From Candidatus Heimdallarchaeota archaeon (GTDB taxonomy: Archaea > Asgardarchaeota > Heimdallarchaeia > JABLTI01), in NCBI GenBank assembly GCA_019058275.1, contig JAHLVW010000047.1, forward strand, positions 1 through 64,000: a stretch of 64,000 nt of DNA, given 5' to 3'. The notes under the pieces were generated by a model. It did no database searches. It was not told the origin of the DNA and saw only the letters and a program-made list of their open reading frames with translations. Positions 20,183 through 29,845 of the stretch are shown here, piece after piece. Position numbers and translations under genes: made by a program. How positions within the stretch are numbered: position 1 is the stretch's first letter; each line of letters starts with the position of its first letter.

Positions 20183-20911
20183 TTAATCTATTTTGATGAC
20201 AATTCTCTTGTTATCCTTGCCCTTGTTGATTGTTTCAATAATCTTTACCTTGCCAACTTCACTTGTATTTTTAACATGTGTTCCACCATCTGCTTGCAAG
20301 TCTAATCCAACGATTTCAACAGTTCTGACTTCTTTAATTTGAGGTGGTAAAAGGTTAATTTTGGTTTTAATAAGATCTGGTATTTGGAAAGCTTCCTCTC
20401 GAGACAAAATAGCTATTTTAATTTCTCTTTTTGCTTTAACTTCTTCAGCAATTCGCTTTTCAATATACTCTATTCTTTCTTTTGAAAAATCTGTAAGATT
20501 GAAATCCATGCGAGCTTTATCGACATACATATTCCCACCAGTTACACTAGCACCGAATTCTTTCCAAATTAGACCGCACAATATATGTAAAGCAGAATGG
20601 TAACGCATGATTATATAACGTCTATCCCAATCAATCTCTCCTTTTACAACAGAACCTACATCTGTATCCACTTTTTTATCTACTTTGTGATAAATATCCT
20701 TATTGTTATCCCGACCAACCTTCAATACATGAAAGTCATTTCCCTTAATAGTTAGCTTCCCTTCATCATTTGGTTGACCGCCACCACCAGGATAAAAAGC
20801 AGTTTGATTGAGATAAACATCAAAACCATCATCAGAAATCTTAGTAATGATAGCATTAAATTCTTTCAGATAACTGTCTAACAAATACATTAGTTCTGTC
20901 ATTGCAACCAA
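20183..20911 (-). CDS. alaX: AlaX (AlaX-M) alanyl-tRNA editing protein
   Basis: TAFYPGGGGQP.D.G, MRYHSALH and QADGGTHV. Confidence 0.93.
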   Translation of the reverse strand: MVAMTELMYLLDSYLKEFNAIITKISDDGFDVYLNQTAFYPGGGGQPNDEGKLTIKGNDFHVLKVGRDNNKDIYHKVDKKVDTDVGSVVKGEIDWDRRYIIMRYHSALHILCGLIWKEFGASVTGGNMYVDKARMDFNLTDFSKERIEYIEKRIAEEVKAKREIKIAILSREEAFQIPDLIKTKINLLPPQIKEVRTVEIVGLDLQADGGTHVKNTSEVGKVKIIETINKGKDNKRIVIKID

Positions 20912-20980
20912 ATTTTAGTCTAATCTTGTTAATATATATTTTTTGTTTGAATAAAGGGTATAATAGAAAAGCAAAATGAA

Positions 20981-21024
20981 GATGAGCGTAAAGGAGAAAG
21001 AAAAACTTATCCCTTTAGCTCATC
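20981..21024 (-). terminator. stem-loop downstream of the small minus-strand ORF
   Basis: Inverted repeat gatgagc(g)taaagg...ccttta-gctcatc; on the minus strand it is followed by TTCATTTTG. Confidence 0.55.
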
Positions 21025-21103
21025 AAGCGGTAGATGGATGGCAAATTCGCAAACGTCGTCCCTTGAGGAGGGATTTCAGTATTGCAATCGTAACGTAATT
21101 CAA
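21023..21103 (-). CDS. putative 26-aa peptide MNYVTIAILKSLLKGRRLRICHPSTA
   Basis: GGTGA 4 nt before TTG (same spacing as the gene at 21598), double TGA stop, then a hairpin. Confidence 0.45.
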   Translation of the reverse strand: MNYVTIAILKSLLKGRRLRICHPSTA

Positions 21104-21124
21104 AGAATCACCTTCCCTGATTTA

Positions 21125-21379
21125 TTATCTCTTAATTCCATTACAGACTTTCATTATTTTAACAGCTAACCGCATGTACTGTAAAGCTTTCTTATAATCT
21201 GGAGAACAAGTTTCAATTAAAACACTAGCCTTATCCTTCATCTTCATTGCGTCTTTAGGTTCTTCATACCTTCTTTGAATACTTTCATACTCTAAGAATA
21301 GAGCCCCTAGTTCCTTTGTGTATTCATTACATGCTGCAAAGGTTGATCGCAATTTTGAATAGGTCTCATTTAATGACAT
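21125..21379 (-). CDS. hypothetical 84-aa helical protein
   Basis: ATG at 21379 preceded by GGTGTGA; the tracked upstream start (21457) overlaps the probable promoter and leader. Confidence 0.65.
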   Translation of the reverse strand: MSLNETYSKLRSTFAACNEYTKELGALFLEYESIQRRYEEPKDAMKMKDKASVLIETCSPDYKKALQYMRLAVKIMKVCNGIKR

Positions 21380-21597
21380 AATATCACACCAGGATTTAAT
21401 TACTGAAATCCAATGCCATCCCAAGCATATTATTATGATACAATGCATATTTCTCATTAGCTTTAAAAAAGCTTCTCAAAACTCTGAGATGGTTTTCTGA
21501 TAATGATGTAATTACTTATAAGTTTAGGATACGATAATTATGTTAGATATTTGGGAATTTTTCAAAAGAAATCCCATATTTTGGGTAAGGTGATTGT

Positions 21598-22503
21598 ATG
21601 AGTTCTAATGTGAACAAGCAAATTGATGTAACAGAAGATATTGTAATGTTGAGAACAACTGGTAGTCCATTTAACGATGGGAATATCATTTGCATAAATC
21701 AAAGTGATGGCCTTGTTTTTGTTGATGCAGGAAGAATAGCAGAAACCGCAAAAGAATTCAGAAAAGATATGGAAACTCGATTTAAGAAGAAAGCTAAGCT
21801 AATGGTTTTGACTCATCTCCATGTTGATCATTTAGATGGCATCGCTGCTTTCAAAGACATACCAATTATTGCTTCGCAAAAAGCAGTAGAACTTTATCTC
21901 GAAAACGAGAAGAATCATCATTATTCTAAACAAGGTCGAGAATGGTTCGTGGAAAATCAGAATTTAGAAGAAAAAACTGGTAAGTTTACTCTATCAAAAG
22001 AATGGCACACAGATTGGGCGGTAAACTATGTAAAAGCTAAAGTATATCCTCCTACACTTGGTGTTAAAGAAGAACTAGCTATTGGTAACGGTGATGAAAG
22101 ATTTCTTTTCAGACCTATTGGTGGCCATACAGAGTGCTCTTCTTATCTCATAAATGAAAATAAAGGAATATTGATTGCTGGGGACAATTTCAATTGTGAA
22201 CATGCTGACAATTCATTATGTATGTTGAACAGTGCTATAAAATTCATTGATGTTCTGAAAAAGTTTGAAGAATTAGATTTTAATACAATTGTTCCGGGAC
22301 ACGGTAAAGTTGTTGACAAGGGTTATCTTACAAAAACTAGACAATATTTAGAAGAAATGTCTGCCAATATGAAAAAGTTGAAAGCTAAGAATACTCCTGT
22401 TGAAGAAGCAATTAATGATCCAAGTTTACCATCATTTTTTGAAGAAAAACTACCACAGCAGATGGATTCTGTTCTCAAGTTTTGGTATATTGAAGTAAAC
22501 TAG
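21598..22503 (+). CDS. MBL-fold metallo-hydrolase
   Basis: THLHVDHLDG, GGHT, AGD and PGHG. Confidence 0.9.
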   Translation: MSSNVNKQIDVTEDIVMLRTTGSPFNDGNIICINQSDGLVFVDAGRIAETAKEFRKDMETRFKKKAKLMVLTHLHVDHLDGIAAFKDIPIIASQKAVELYLENEKNHHYSKQGREWFVENQNLEEKTGKFTLSKEWHTDWAVNYVKAKVYPPTLGVKEELAIGNGDERFLFRPIGGHTECSSYLINENKGILIAGDNFNCEHADNSLCMLNSAIKFIDVLKKFEELDFNTIVPGHGKVVDKGYLTKTRQYLEEMSANMKKLKAKNTPVEEAINDPSLPSFFEEKLPQQMDSVLKFWYIEVN

Positions 22504-22530
22504 GTGATTTTAACCATTAAGATAAAGACT

Positions 22531-22554
22531 AGCTACTCAACTCGAGTAGCTTTT
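22531..22554 (+). terminator. intergenic hairpin
   Basis: Perfect 8-bp inverted repeat agctactc/gagtagct followed by TTT. Confidence 0.45.
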
Positions 22555-22585
22555 ACTAACCTTTTTGCAAAGGTGATGTGTTGTT

Positions 22586-23299
22586 ATGAATTATAAATTT
22601 GTAAAAGGTATAATTGAAGCTTTAGGTTTCAAAAATGTACTCAAGGTAGATTTTAGTCCTAAAAAAACATGCAATTTTGATTGTGTCTATTGTGGTGTTG
22701 GACGAACATCCACTTGGCTAAATGAAAGAAGTGAATTTTATCCAGTTGAAGATGTATTTTTTGAAATTGATTATTATATTGAACACAATGGTGAAATAAG
22801 ATATGTAATGTTAACTCGTAGTGGTGAACCAGCTTTATACAAAGGTTTTGGTGAACTGGTTGCCAAAATTAAACAGAAATATCCAAATTTGAAAATCATG
22901 GCTTACACTAATTGCTCACTGCTTAGTCGCAAAGATGTCCATTATGAATTCTTACAATGTGATGTGCTAGGATGCAATCTAAATGCTGTTTACAATGATG
23001 AATTTCAAAAGATATGTCAGCCATTTAGTCCTGTAAGACTGAAGGATGCACTCAATGGACATGTGCAATTCAAAAAAGTATTCAAAGGAGTAATCTTTGT
23101 TGATTCAAAGTTTGTGAAAGATTTGAATGATACTCATCGAAATCTCAATGGATTAATTGAATACTTAGCAGATCTAAAACCAGACAGATATATTGCAGTT
23201 ATCAGAAATTACAAGGGAACTAAACCAACAGATGAATTTGTTAATTTAGTGAAGCAAAAAGTTGATGATTTGCACTTCACTACAAAAGTATATGTGTAG
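22586..23299 (+). CDS. radical SAM protein
   Basis: CNFDCVYC cluster motif, SGEP and TN.SLL. Confidence 0.85.
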   Translation: MNYKFVKGIIEALGFKNVLKVDFSPKKTCNFDCVYCGVGRTSTWLNERSEFYPVEDVFFEIDYYIEHNGEIRYVMLTRSGEPALYKGFGELVAKIKQKYPNLKIMAYTNCSLLSRKDVHYEFLQCDVLGCNLNAVYNDEFQKICQPFSPVRLKDALNGHVQFKKVFKGVIFVDSKFVKDLNDTHRNLNGLIEYLADLKPDRYIAVIRNYKGTKPTDEFVNLVKQKVDDLHFTTKVYV

Positions 23300-23313
23300 G
23301 TGTAAGATGGAAG

Positions 23314-24057
23314 ATGAATGAAACACTAAAAACCATTCATAATTTGAAATCAATCAGGGAATTTTCTGATAAGGAAATTTCAAAAGAGGATTTAGAAAAG
23401 ATTCTCAATGCTTCTATTCAAGCTGCTTGTGCATCAGCACGACAAAACTATTCAATAATTGTTGTTGAGGATGAAGAAATTCTAAAGAAATTGTTTTATA
23501 GAGCAAACAAAGGATTGCTCTTCTGTATTGATTATACACGGATAATTGATACTGCTAAATATCTAAAATATGAATTTTGTCCAGACAACATCCAAGAATT
23601 TATCACTGGAAGTACAGATACGATTCTTGCTGCCCAAACAGCAGCTATTGCAGCTAAAGCATTAGGTATTGGATCCTTATTTACTAATAGTGTACACAGA
23701 GCTCCACTTCCTGAAATTTATGAGTTATTTAATTTACCACAAGAATTCTGCTTTCCATCTGTTGCTCTTTGCTTAGGTTATGCAAAGAAAGAACCAGCTG
23801 AGAAAAGAGGAAGACTAACTACAGGTGTTATTCATTATCATAAACACAAACGAGTATCATCTGAGGAAATTGATAGTATAATAGAAGAATACGCTGATGA
23901 GAAGAAGAATCTGGGTATGACAGCTGAACAGCTAACAAAATATGGTGTAAAGGATTACTTCGAGTTCTTCTTTACAAAATGGACTCGTCCAAGAAATCCA
24001 GAAAGAATAGAAGATCTCTATAATACTCTTACTAAAGCTAAATTTTTCCGTTCCTAA
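23314..24057 (+). CDS. nitroreductase family (NfsA-like) flavoprotein
   Basis: SIREF, ASARQNYSIIVV, D.ILAAQ..AIAA..LGIGS and LCLGY. Confidence 0.9.
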   Translation: MNETLKTIHNLKSIREFSDKEISKEDLEKILNASIQAACASARQNYSIIVVEDEEILKKLFYRANKGLLFCIDYTRIIDTAKYLKYEFCPDNIQEFITGSTDTILAAQTAAIAAKALGIGSLFTNSVHRAPLPEIYELFNLPQEFCFPSVALCLGYAKKEPAEKRGRLTTGVIHYHKHKRVSSEEIDSIIEEYADEKKNLGMTAEQLTKYGVKDYFEFFFTKWTRPRNPERIEDLYNTLTKAKFFRS

Positions 24058-24119
24058 TAACTTTTATTAGAAATTTTTTTCTACTTTATTTAGATATTAT
24101 CTCAGAAGAAACAAAAATT

Positions 24120-24620
24120 GTGATAGATTTGCCATTAGATTATTTAAATTTTGAATATGGAGTAGAGATTGTTAGAAAGTGGATATTATCATTGAATATT
24201 TTTCGTATATGCACAATATATCCTTCCCCTAATGATTTGAAACCAGTAAGATTAGTAACAAGTATTCAATTTACTGATGAAAAGGAATTACAAAATATTT
24301 TAACAAATCTGAATTTGGAAACTGCAAAAACAAAACCTGAGAACAGTCAATTTCATGATGAAAATGAAAATATCTCTGTCGTATGGATTCTGCTTAACAA
24401 CGAAATCTGTTATTTAGATGTAAATAAAATTCTAAAGAAAGTTCACATAGAAGTATCAGGCACAAAAGAAGATCAATTTGGATTCGATGAAACTGTTGTT
24501 GAAAGGGGTAAACGAATAGAAACCTTCCTTTCAAACAAAGATTTTTCCTTTATTGATCCACCACAAGATGACAAATATTGTATTTCACCAACATATTATC
24601 CTTTCTTATGGATAGATTAG
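24120..24620 (+). CDS. hypothetical protein
   Basis: 166 aa ORF filling the gap between genes; no recognised motif. Confidence 0.6.
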   Translation: MIDLPLDYLNFEYGVEIVRKWILSLNIFRICTIYPSPNDLKPVRLVTSIQFTDEKELQNILTNLNLETAKTKPENSQFHDENENISVVWILLNNEICYLDVNKILKKVHIEVSGTKEDQFGFDETVVERGKRIETFLSNKDFSFIDPPQDDKYCISPTYYPFLWID

Positions 24621-24632
24621 CTTCCAAAAAAA

Positions 24633-25790
24633 TTAGATTTGCATCATGATTTCTGTCAATTTTTCTTCAACTTTCCATAAACGACCTTTTATCCAACCAC
24701 ATCGATCTAACATTGCACGATAAGTGTTCTCATTTGAAAAATCTTCATGATATAGTGCTGCATCTGTTAATTCTCGATAGATATTCCAACGAATATCATC
24801 AAGCTTCTTAACTTTTATATCGATTATCTCATCAAGATATTTCTTGTGTTTTTTTTCCTTCTTCTGTTGCAAAGCATTCTCTAGTTTGAAATATAAATAC
24901 TCAATTCGATGATAGGTAGAGACAGCATCATTTGTGGCAAACCACATTTCAATAATCTTTGAATGTGGGAAAAAGACATTGATACTTCTAGCCCAAGTAG
25001 TTACTTCTTCAGTTTGATAAAATTGTGCTTTATCTTTGTTTCGTTTTACAACCTCTTCTGCTCGAGAGAATGTAACATTATTTCTCTCAGCATTGGTTAG
25101 AAAATACTCCAGAAACTTGAATGAATCTGCACCACGATGATGACCAAAACATTCCAAATCACAACCAATTGTTACTGGACCATTCTTCTTACTAATTGTC
25201 TCAAGTAACCATTGCCCATTTGGAAATGAGTTATCTGAAAAATGCCAGCTTAAGGCTCTGTTTCTAGGAAGGATGAAAATTTCGTTTTTAGTGCCTAATT
25301 TCCAGATACCTTCAACATCATCAGTATAGAATGCATTATGCACTCCTTCTACAATCGTATAGTCAATATCAAGTTCCATTAGTAAATCGTTTCTATGGGT
25401 AGAGAAAACTAATTCAGGAGGAAACATTCCTCTCATTTCTTTACCAAACATTTCCTTTACCATTTTTCGATGATGATAGAATTGTTCTTTTATGAAACCA
25501 CCATCAGTAAAGACTAAAGGGGCATGATAGAATGGAGACAATAAAATTTCGACAACACCTCTATCAATTAATTCTTTGATTGAAGAAATTAAATATTCAT
25601 TTTTTGTGCGTTCAAACCATTGAATAACACTACCAGTAAGAGAAAGATTAATCTCAAAATTGTGGTCTTTGCTTAAATCAATCAGCATTTTGAATAGAGG
25701 ACCATAGCTTTGCCAGGTAATTTCCTTGACAATAAATTCTTCATTATAATATGGTTGATGACCATGTAGGAATAGGACACAATCTGTCAT
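24633..25790 (-). CDS. glycoside hydrolase family 57
   Basis: HGHQP, SLTG, E.L.SPFYH, PPEL (nucleophile) and DLECFGHH (acid/base). Confidence 0.9.
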   Translation of the reverse strand: MTDCVLFLHGHQPYYNEEFIVKEITWQSYGPLFKMLIDLSKDHNFEINLSLTGSVIQWFERTKNEYLISSIKELIDRGVVEILLSPFYHAPLVFTDGGFIKEQFYHHRKMVKEMFGKEMRGMFPPELVFSTHRNDLLMELDIDYTIVEGVHNAFYTDDVEGIWKLGTKNEIFILPRNRALSWHFSDNSFPNGQWLLETISKKNGPVTIGCDLECFGHHRGADSFKFLEYFLTNAERNNVTFSRAEEVVKRNKDKAQFYQTEEVTTWARSINVFFPHSKIIEMWFATNDAVSTYHRIEYLYFKLENALQQKKEKKHKKYLDEIIDIKVKKLDDIRWNIYRELTDAALYHEDFSNENTYRAMLDRCGWIKGRLWKVEEKLTEIMMQI

Positions 25791-25941
25791 TGTTATTATC
25801 TCCTGAATATTGTAAACTTGCCATTTAAATGACTAATTAACTCATTTTATCAATTTATTAGATAAGAACATTTTCATTGCAAGAAAATTCTAATTTTAAG
25901 ATAATTATAAAAGAAACGTTTTTCATGAATAGCTAAGAAGG

Positions 25942-26556
25942 TTGGTTTCAATGTCTATTTTAGAAAAAGATATGAGAAGTCTTAAGGAAGAAACAATAGA
26001 TTTGCTCAAAATCGCTGAAAGTAATTTACTAATGTCAATTGTTGGATTAAAACCCGATGAGATCTATAAACAAATAACTCCAGAAACAAATCATATTTGT
26101 TGGATTTTTGGGCATTGTGCATCACATATGGATTTTATATTTGGTGAACTGTGTCAAGGAAAAAGATTACTTTCCGATGAAGAACAAGAGCACTACGCTT
26201 ATGATGCTTCTAAAGAGATCGCAATTGGAGAACCTCCAAAATCCTTTGGACAATTAGTAGAAACATATCTAAGAATATCAGAAGATACTTTTGAGTATCT
26301 GAAGAAATTACCTGAAGAAAAATTAAGAGAAAATCCAGAAATAGATGCAGGAAAAGAAATTAAGGAATCATTAATTCAAGCAATAGACAGAGTTGCATTA
26401 CATTATTTGGGACACATGGGACAGATAACGCTAATCCGAAGAGCAATAGGAAATCCTGGAGGAGCATTTGTTGGAGGGATAGCAGAAAAAAATAGAGATC
26501 AAATGTATGCAAAATGGAAGGAGTGGTGGAAGGAAAATAAGGAATTCTTTAAGTAA
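25942..26556 (+). CDS. DinB/YfiT family protein
   Basis: NHICWIFGH and H...H.GQI metal-ligand pattern. Confidence 0.85.
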   Translation: MVSMSILEKDMRSLKEETIDLLKIAESNLLMSIVGLKPDEIYKQITPETNHICWIFGHCASHMDFIFGELCQGKRLLSDEEQEHYAYDASKEIAIGEPPKSFGQLVETYLRISEDTFEYLKKLPEEKLRENPEIDAGKEIKESLIQAIDRVALHYLGHMGQITLIRRAIGNPGGAFVGGIAEKNRDQMYAKWKEWWKENKEFFK

Positions 26557-26638
26557 AAAATAAAAAGCAATCAATCTCAACAATACAATCGAAAAGGTTT
26601 TAAGTTTCAAAATATCAAAAAAAGAATGCTCAAATAAT

Positions 26639-26779
26639 GGAGTGGTAGTGTAGCCAGGCAGCACGGCAGGCTCCAGAAAAAGACTAAAATTATACTGACC
26701 GCTAGGGATGATGTAATTTTGGAGCGGTGCTCTCTTTAGAGAAACTTGCTGGTCGGGAGTTCAAATCTCCTCCACTCCA
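26639..26779 (+). tRNA. trnW: tRNA-Trp(CCA) with 67-nt intron at 37/38 (26677-26743)
   Basis: Acceptor stem GGAGTGG/CCACTCC, anticodon stem GCAGG/CTTGC around CT-CCA-G^A, T arm GGGAG-TTCAAAT-CTCCT; CCA end not encoded. Confidence 0.92.
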
Positions 26780-26853
26780 CTTATTTCTAAATTTATGGTT
26801 TTTGTCTGTTTAAAATCAAAAATATATTATATTAAGATTAGATAATAATCATA

Positions 26854-28143
26854 TTGGAGGGTAATTGCTTGCAATCATCAAAATTTAAATTTATCAAAAC
26901 AAAAATTCTCTTTTCTTTTATCATATTTTTATTTATGTCATCAATTTTCTTTATCACAATTTCATCGAAGAAAATTCTAGCATGTAAACTAGCTACAGAT
27001 GATTCAACAATTATAAAAGAGAAAATTACTGATAAGATATATCCATCAGATGACTTATCAGAGAATTCAATATATGTAGAGAACGATGTTATTAGAAGCG
27101 GAAACACTCTGTTTGTAGATAATAATTGGTTATTTCTTATAGAAAATCGGTATAATTTAGAAATCTATAATATTAGCAATGTGATTGAACCTGAAGTAGT
27201 CTATAGTTATTCTGCTCTAAGTGTTAGTTATGATAGCAAAATGATTGTTCAGAATAATTATTTTTACATTTATTGTGAGCATACCGATATTCTTCATGTA
27301 TTAGATTGTACAGATCCAACATTAATTTTTGAACGAACTAGATACACAGATTTAGAGGGCTTAAAGAATTTTGCTGTAAATGATTGGTATTTGTATACAA
27401 TATCAGAGAATAATTTTACTACCTATAATTTTGAGAATTTTTCTGCACTTGATCAATTAGCTAATTATTTTGATGATACGTATAGCTTCCATGATTTTAC
27501 AATAAAAGGTAATTACTCATATGTTCTTGATGAAATGAAGGGATTTGTTATTCTGAATATTACTGACTATTCTAATATTGATTATATAAGTGAAATTACA
27601 CTGAATGAGGAAGAATACAAACCATCCATCTATATTTTTAATGATAATTTGTTTATATTTGAAAGTTTAATTGGATTACATATATTTGATATCTCTAATC
27701 CATTGTCTATAGCTAAGATTTCGTTATATGATGAACTTGCAAATTATAGTATAACTGATATTTTTGTTAAAGGGAATATCCTATATGTACTTCAAAGCGA
27801 TGGTTTTTTCATTTTAGATGGATCTGATTTAGGACAAATACAATCTATTAGCAATTATATAGAATCTAATTTCTATACAATTTTTTATTCATTTATGATC
27901 CAAAACGACTTTGTTTATCTTCACAATACATATACTGCTCATTTTGAACAAAGGACGCCATTATTCATTGTAAATATCACAAATTTAGAATTGCCGATTG
28001 AAGTATATCCAAAATCAAGTAGGGGGTCAGCTGAAATTTTTCTCTTATTGCTTTACATATTTTTAGGAGCAATAGTAGCTATTCCTGTATTTCTATTCCT
28101 TTTTGCAGTTATTAAGAGTATAATAAAAGACATTAAAAAATGA
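26854..28143 (+). CDS. LVIVD-repeat beta-propeller surface protein, copy 1 (N-terminal signal/anchor, C-terminal TM)
   Basis: Repeated G(L/F).I(F/L)(D/N)IS.P units, many NxS/T sequons. TTG at 26869 may be the true start. Confidence 0.85.
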   Translation: MEGNCLQSSKFKFIKTKILFSFIIFLFMSSIFFITISSKKILACKLATDDSTIIKEKITDKIYPSDDLSENSIYVENDVIRSGNTLFVDNNWLFLIENRYNLEIYNISNVIEPEVVYSYSALSVSYDSKMIVQNNYFYIYCEHTDILHVLDCTDPTLIFERTRYTDLEGLKNFAVNDWYLYTISENNFTTYNFENFSALDQLANYFDDTYSFHDFTIKGNYSYVLDEMKGFVILNITDYSNIDYISEITLNEEEYKPSIYIFNDNLFIFESLIGLHIFDISNPLSIAKISLYDELANYSITDIFVKGNILYVLQSDGFFILDGSDLGQIQSISNYIESNFYTIFYSFMIQNDFVYLHNTYTAHFEQRTPLFIVNITNLELPIEVYPKSSRGSAEIFLLLLYIFLGAIVAIPVFLFLFAVIKSIIKDIKK

Positions 28144-28212
28144 TACAAACATTAACTGAATTATTATTGAATAAGTACTTTAAAATTAAAAGTAAATTTA
28201 CACTCAATAAGA

Positions 28213-28400
28213 TTGAATACAATGACAATAAAGATCGTTTTAGTTGAACCTAAAATATCTGGTAACATTGGTGTTGTAGCTAGAGTAATGAAGAATTTTA
28301 ATTTTGATGAAATTGTTCTAATAAATCCACAAGCTGAAATTGTTGGGGATACTTTTGGATTTGCAAAACATGCGCAAGAAGTTCTTGATAACATCAGAAT
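28213..28400 (+). pseudogene. 5' fragment of trmJ (first ~62 codons)
   Basis: Near-identical to the N-terminus of the gene at 31751 (MNTMTIKIVLVEPKISGNIG.VARVMKNF.F...FAKHAQEVLDNI), then diverges into unrelated sequence; the ORF stops at 28479. Confidence 0.88.
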
Positions 28401-28515
28401 TAAAGGAATAATTACAGCTTTATTCTATCTTTCTAAATTCATGTTTTTGCTCAGTTTTTTAAAAAGGAAAATATCTTAAATCAGTAAGTAATATTTATTC
28501 TGAGAGGGTAATCTC

Positions 28516-29841
28516 TTGGAATTTTCAAAAAGAAAATATGCTAGAACAAGATTTCTCTTTTCTTTTATTGTACTTTTACTTATGTCATCAATTTTGTTTA
28601 TCACATTTTCATCGAAAGAACTACTTGCAAGAAAATTTACAACAGATAAATCAATGATTGTAAATGATAGTTTAGCAAATCAGAAATTTCCATCAGATAG
28701 TTTCTATGAAAATTCTATATATAGAGAGGATGATGTTATCAGAAGTGGTAATACTCTATTTGTAAATGATGATTGGTTATTTCTAATAGAAAATTGGTAT
28801 AATTTAGAAATTTATAATGTAAGTGATGTAAATGAACCTGGATTAGTCAAAAATTATACAGCTCCAGATGTTGATTATGACAGCACAATGATTGTTCAAG
28901 ACAATTATCTTTATATCTATAATAAATATTCTAATAGTATTTTTGTTTTAGATTGTACAGATCCAATGTCAATATTTGAAGAAACTAGATATACAGGACT
29001 AGAGGATTTGAGTAATTTTGCAATAAATGATTGGTATTTGTATACAATATCAGAGAATAATTTTACAATATATGATTTTGAGAATTTCTCTACTCTTGAA
29101 CAACTAGATAGCTACTATAATGATTCATACAGTTTCTATGATTTCAATATAAGAGGAAACTATTCTTATGTTCTTGATAGATACAAAGGACCTGTAATTC
29201 TGGATATTTCTAATAATACCGATATACAATATTTAGGTGAAATTATATTTAATGAAGATTATTTCAAAACAGCTATTTACATCAAAAGTGATAGATTGTT
29301 TCTATATGATAATTCTCTTGAATTGTTTATCTTTAATATATCTGATCCATTAAATATAGCATTGATTTCATCATATGAGCTTCATAATTATTCTATAAAT
29401 GATATTATCATTAATGAGAACATTCTGTTTATGTTAGATCCCAATAATCTTTTCATATTTGATATATCTGATTTAGGACAAATACAAGCTATAAGTAACT
29501 ATTCAGCACCTGAATTCAGTACATCTTTTAGTTCTTTTATAGTTCAAAATAATTTCATTTATATTCACAATATATATTATGGACATTTCGTTTCTAGAAA
29601 TCCCTTATTCATTGTGAACATAACCGATCTTGAATCACCTTTACATGTTTTCCCTCCTGATGAATTTGATTTTTGGGATTGGTTGGATGCACTTTCTAAA
29701 GCAATGTTGGCTGTAGCAATTATCACAATTGCTTTACCTCTTACTGGAATAACAATTTTTCTTATCATCTTTTTTGCTAGGAAGAAGAAAAAAACAGTTA
29801 CGGAAGGTATAAATGATAATCAGGAAAAATTAGGAGAGTGA
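28516..29841 (+). CDS. LVIVD-repeat beta-propeller surface protein, copy 2
   Basis: Paralogue of copy 1; C-terminal TM followed by RKKKK. Confidence 0.85.
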   Translation: MEFSKRKYARTRFLFSFIVLLLMSSILFITFSSKELLARKFTTDKSMIVNDSLANQKFPSDSFYENSIYREDDVIRSGNTLFVNDDWLFLIENWYNLEIYNVSDVNEPGLVKNYTAPDVDYDSTMIVQDNYLYIYNKYSNSIFVLDCTDPMSIFEETRYTGLEDLSNFAINDWYLYTISENNFTIYDFENFSTLEQLDSYYNDSYSFYDFNIRGNYSYVLDRYKGPVILDISNNTDIQYLGEIIFNEDYFKTAIYIKSDRLFLYDNSLELFIFNISDPLNIALISSYELHNYSINDIIINENILFMLDPNNLFIFDISDLGQIQAISNYSAPEFSTSFSSFIVQNNFIYIHNIYYGHFVSRNPLFIVNITDLESPLHVFPPDEFDFWDWLDALSKAMLAVAIITIALPLTGITIFLIIFFARKKKKTVTEGINDNQEKLGE

Positions 29842-29845
29842 TTGT

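Noticed and set aside
20981-21025. TGA followed by a hairpin read as selenocysteine/SECIS
   Set aside because: Two consecutive TGA codons, no selenoprotein-like context, and no convincing SECIS core.
20976-21098. Plus-strand 40-aa ORF (MKMSVKEKEKLIPL...)
   Set aside because: No SD; the antisense ORF has a canonical GGTGA and a downstream hairpin. Not excluded as an antisense RNA.
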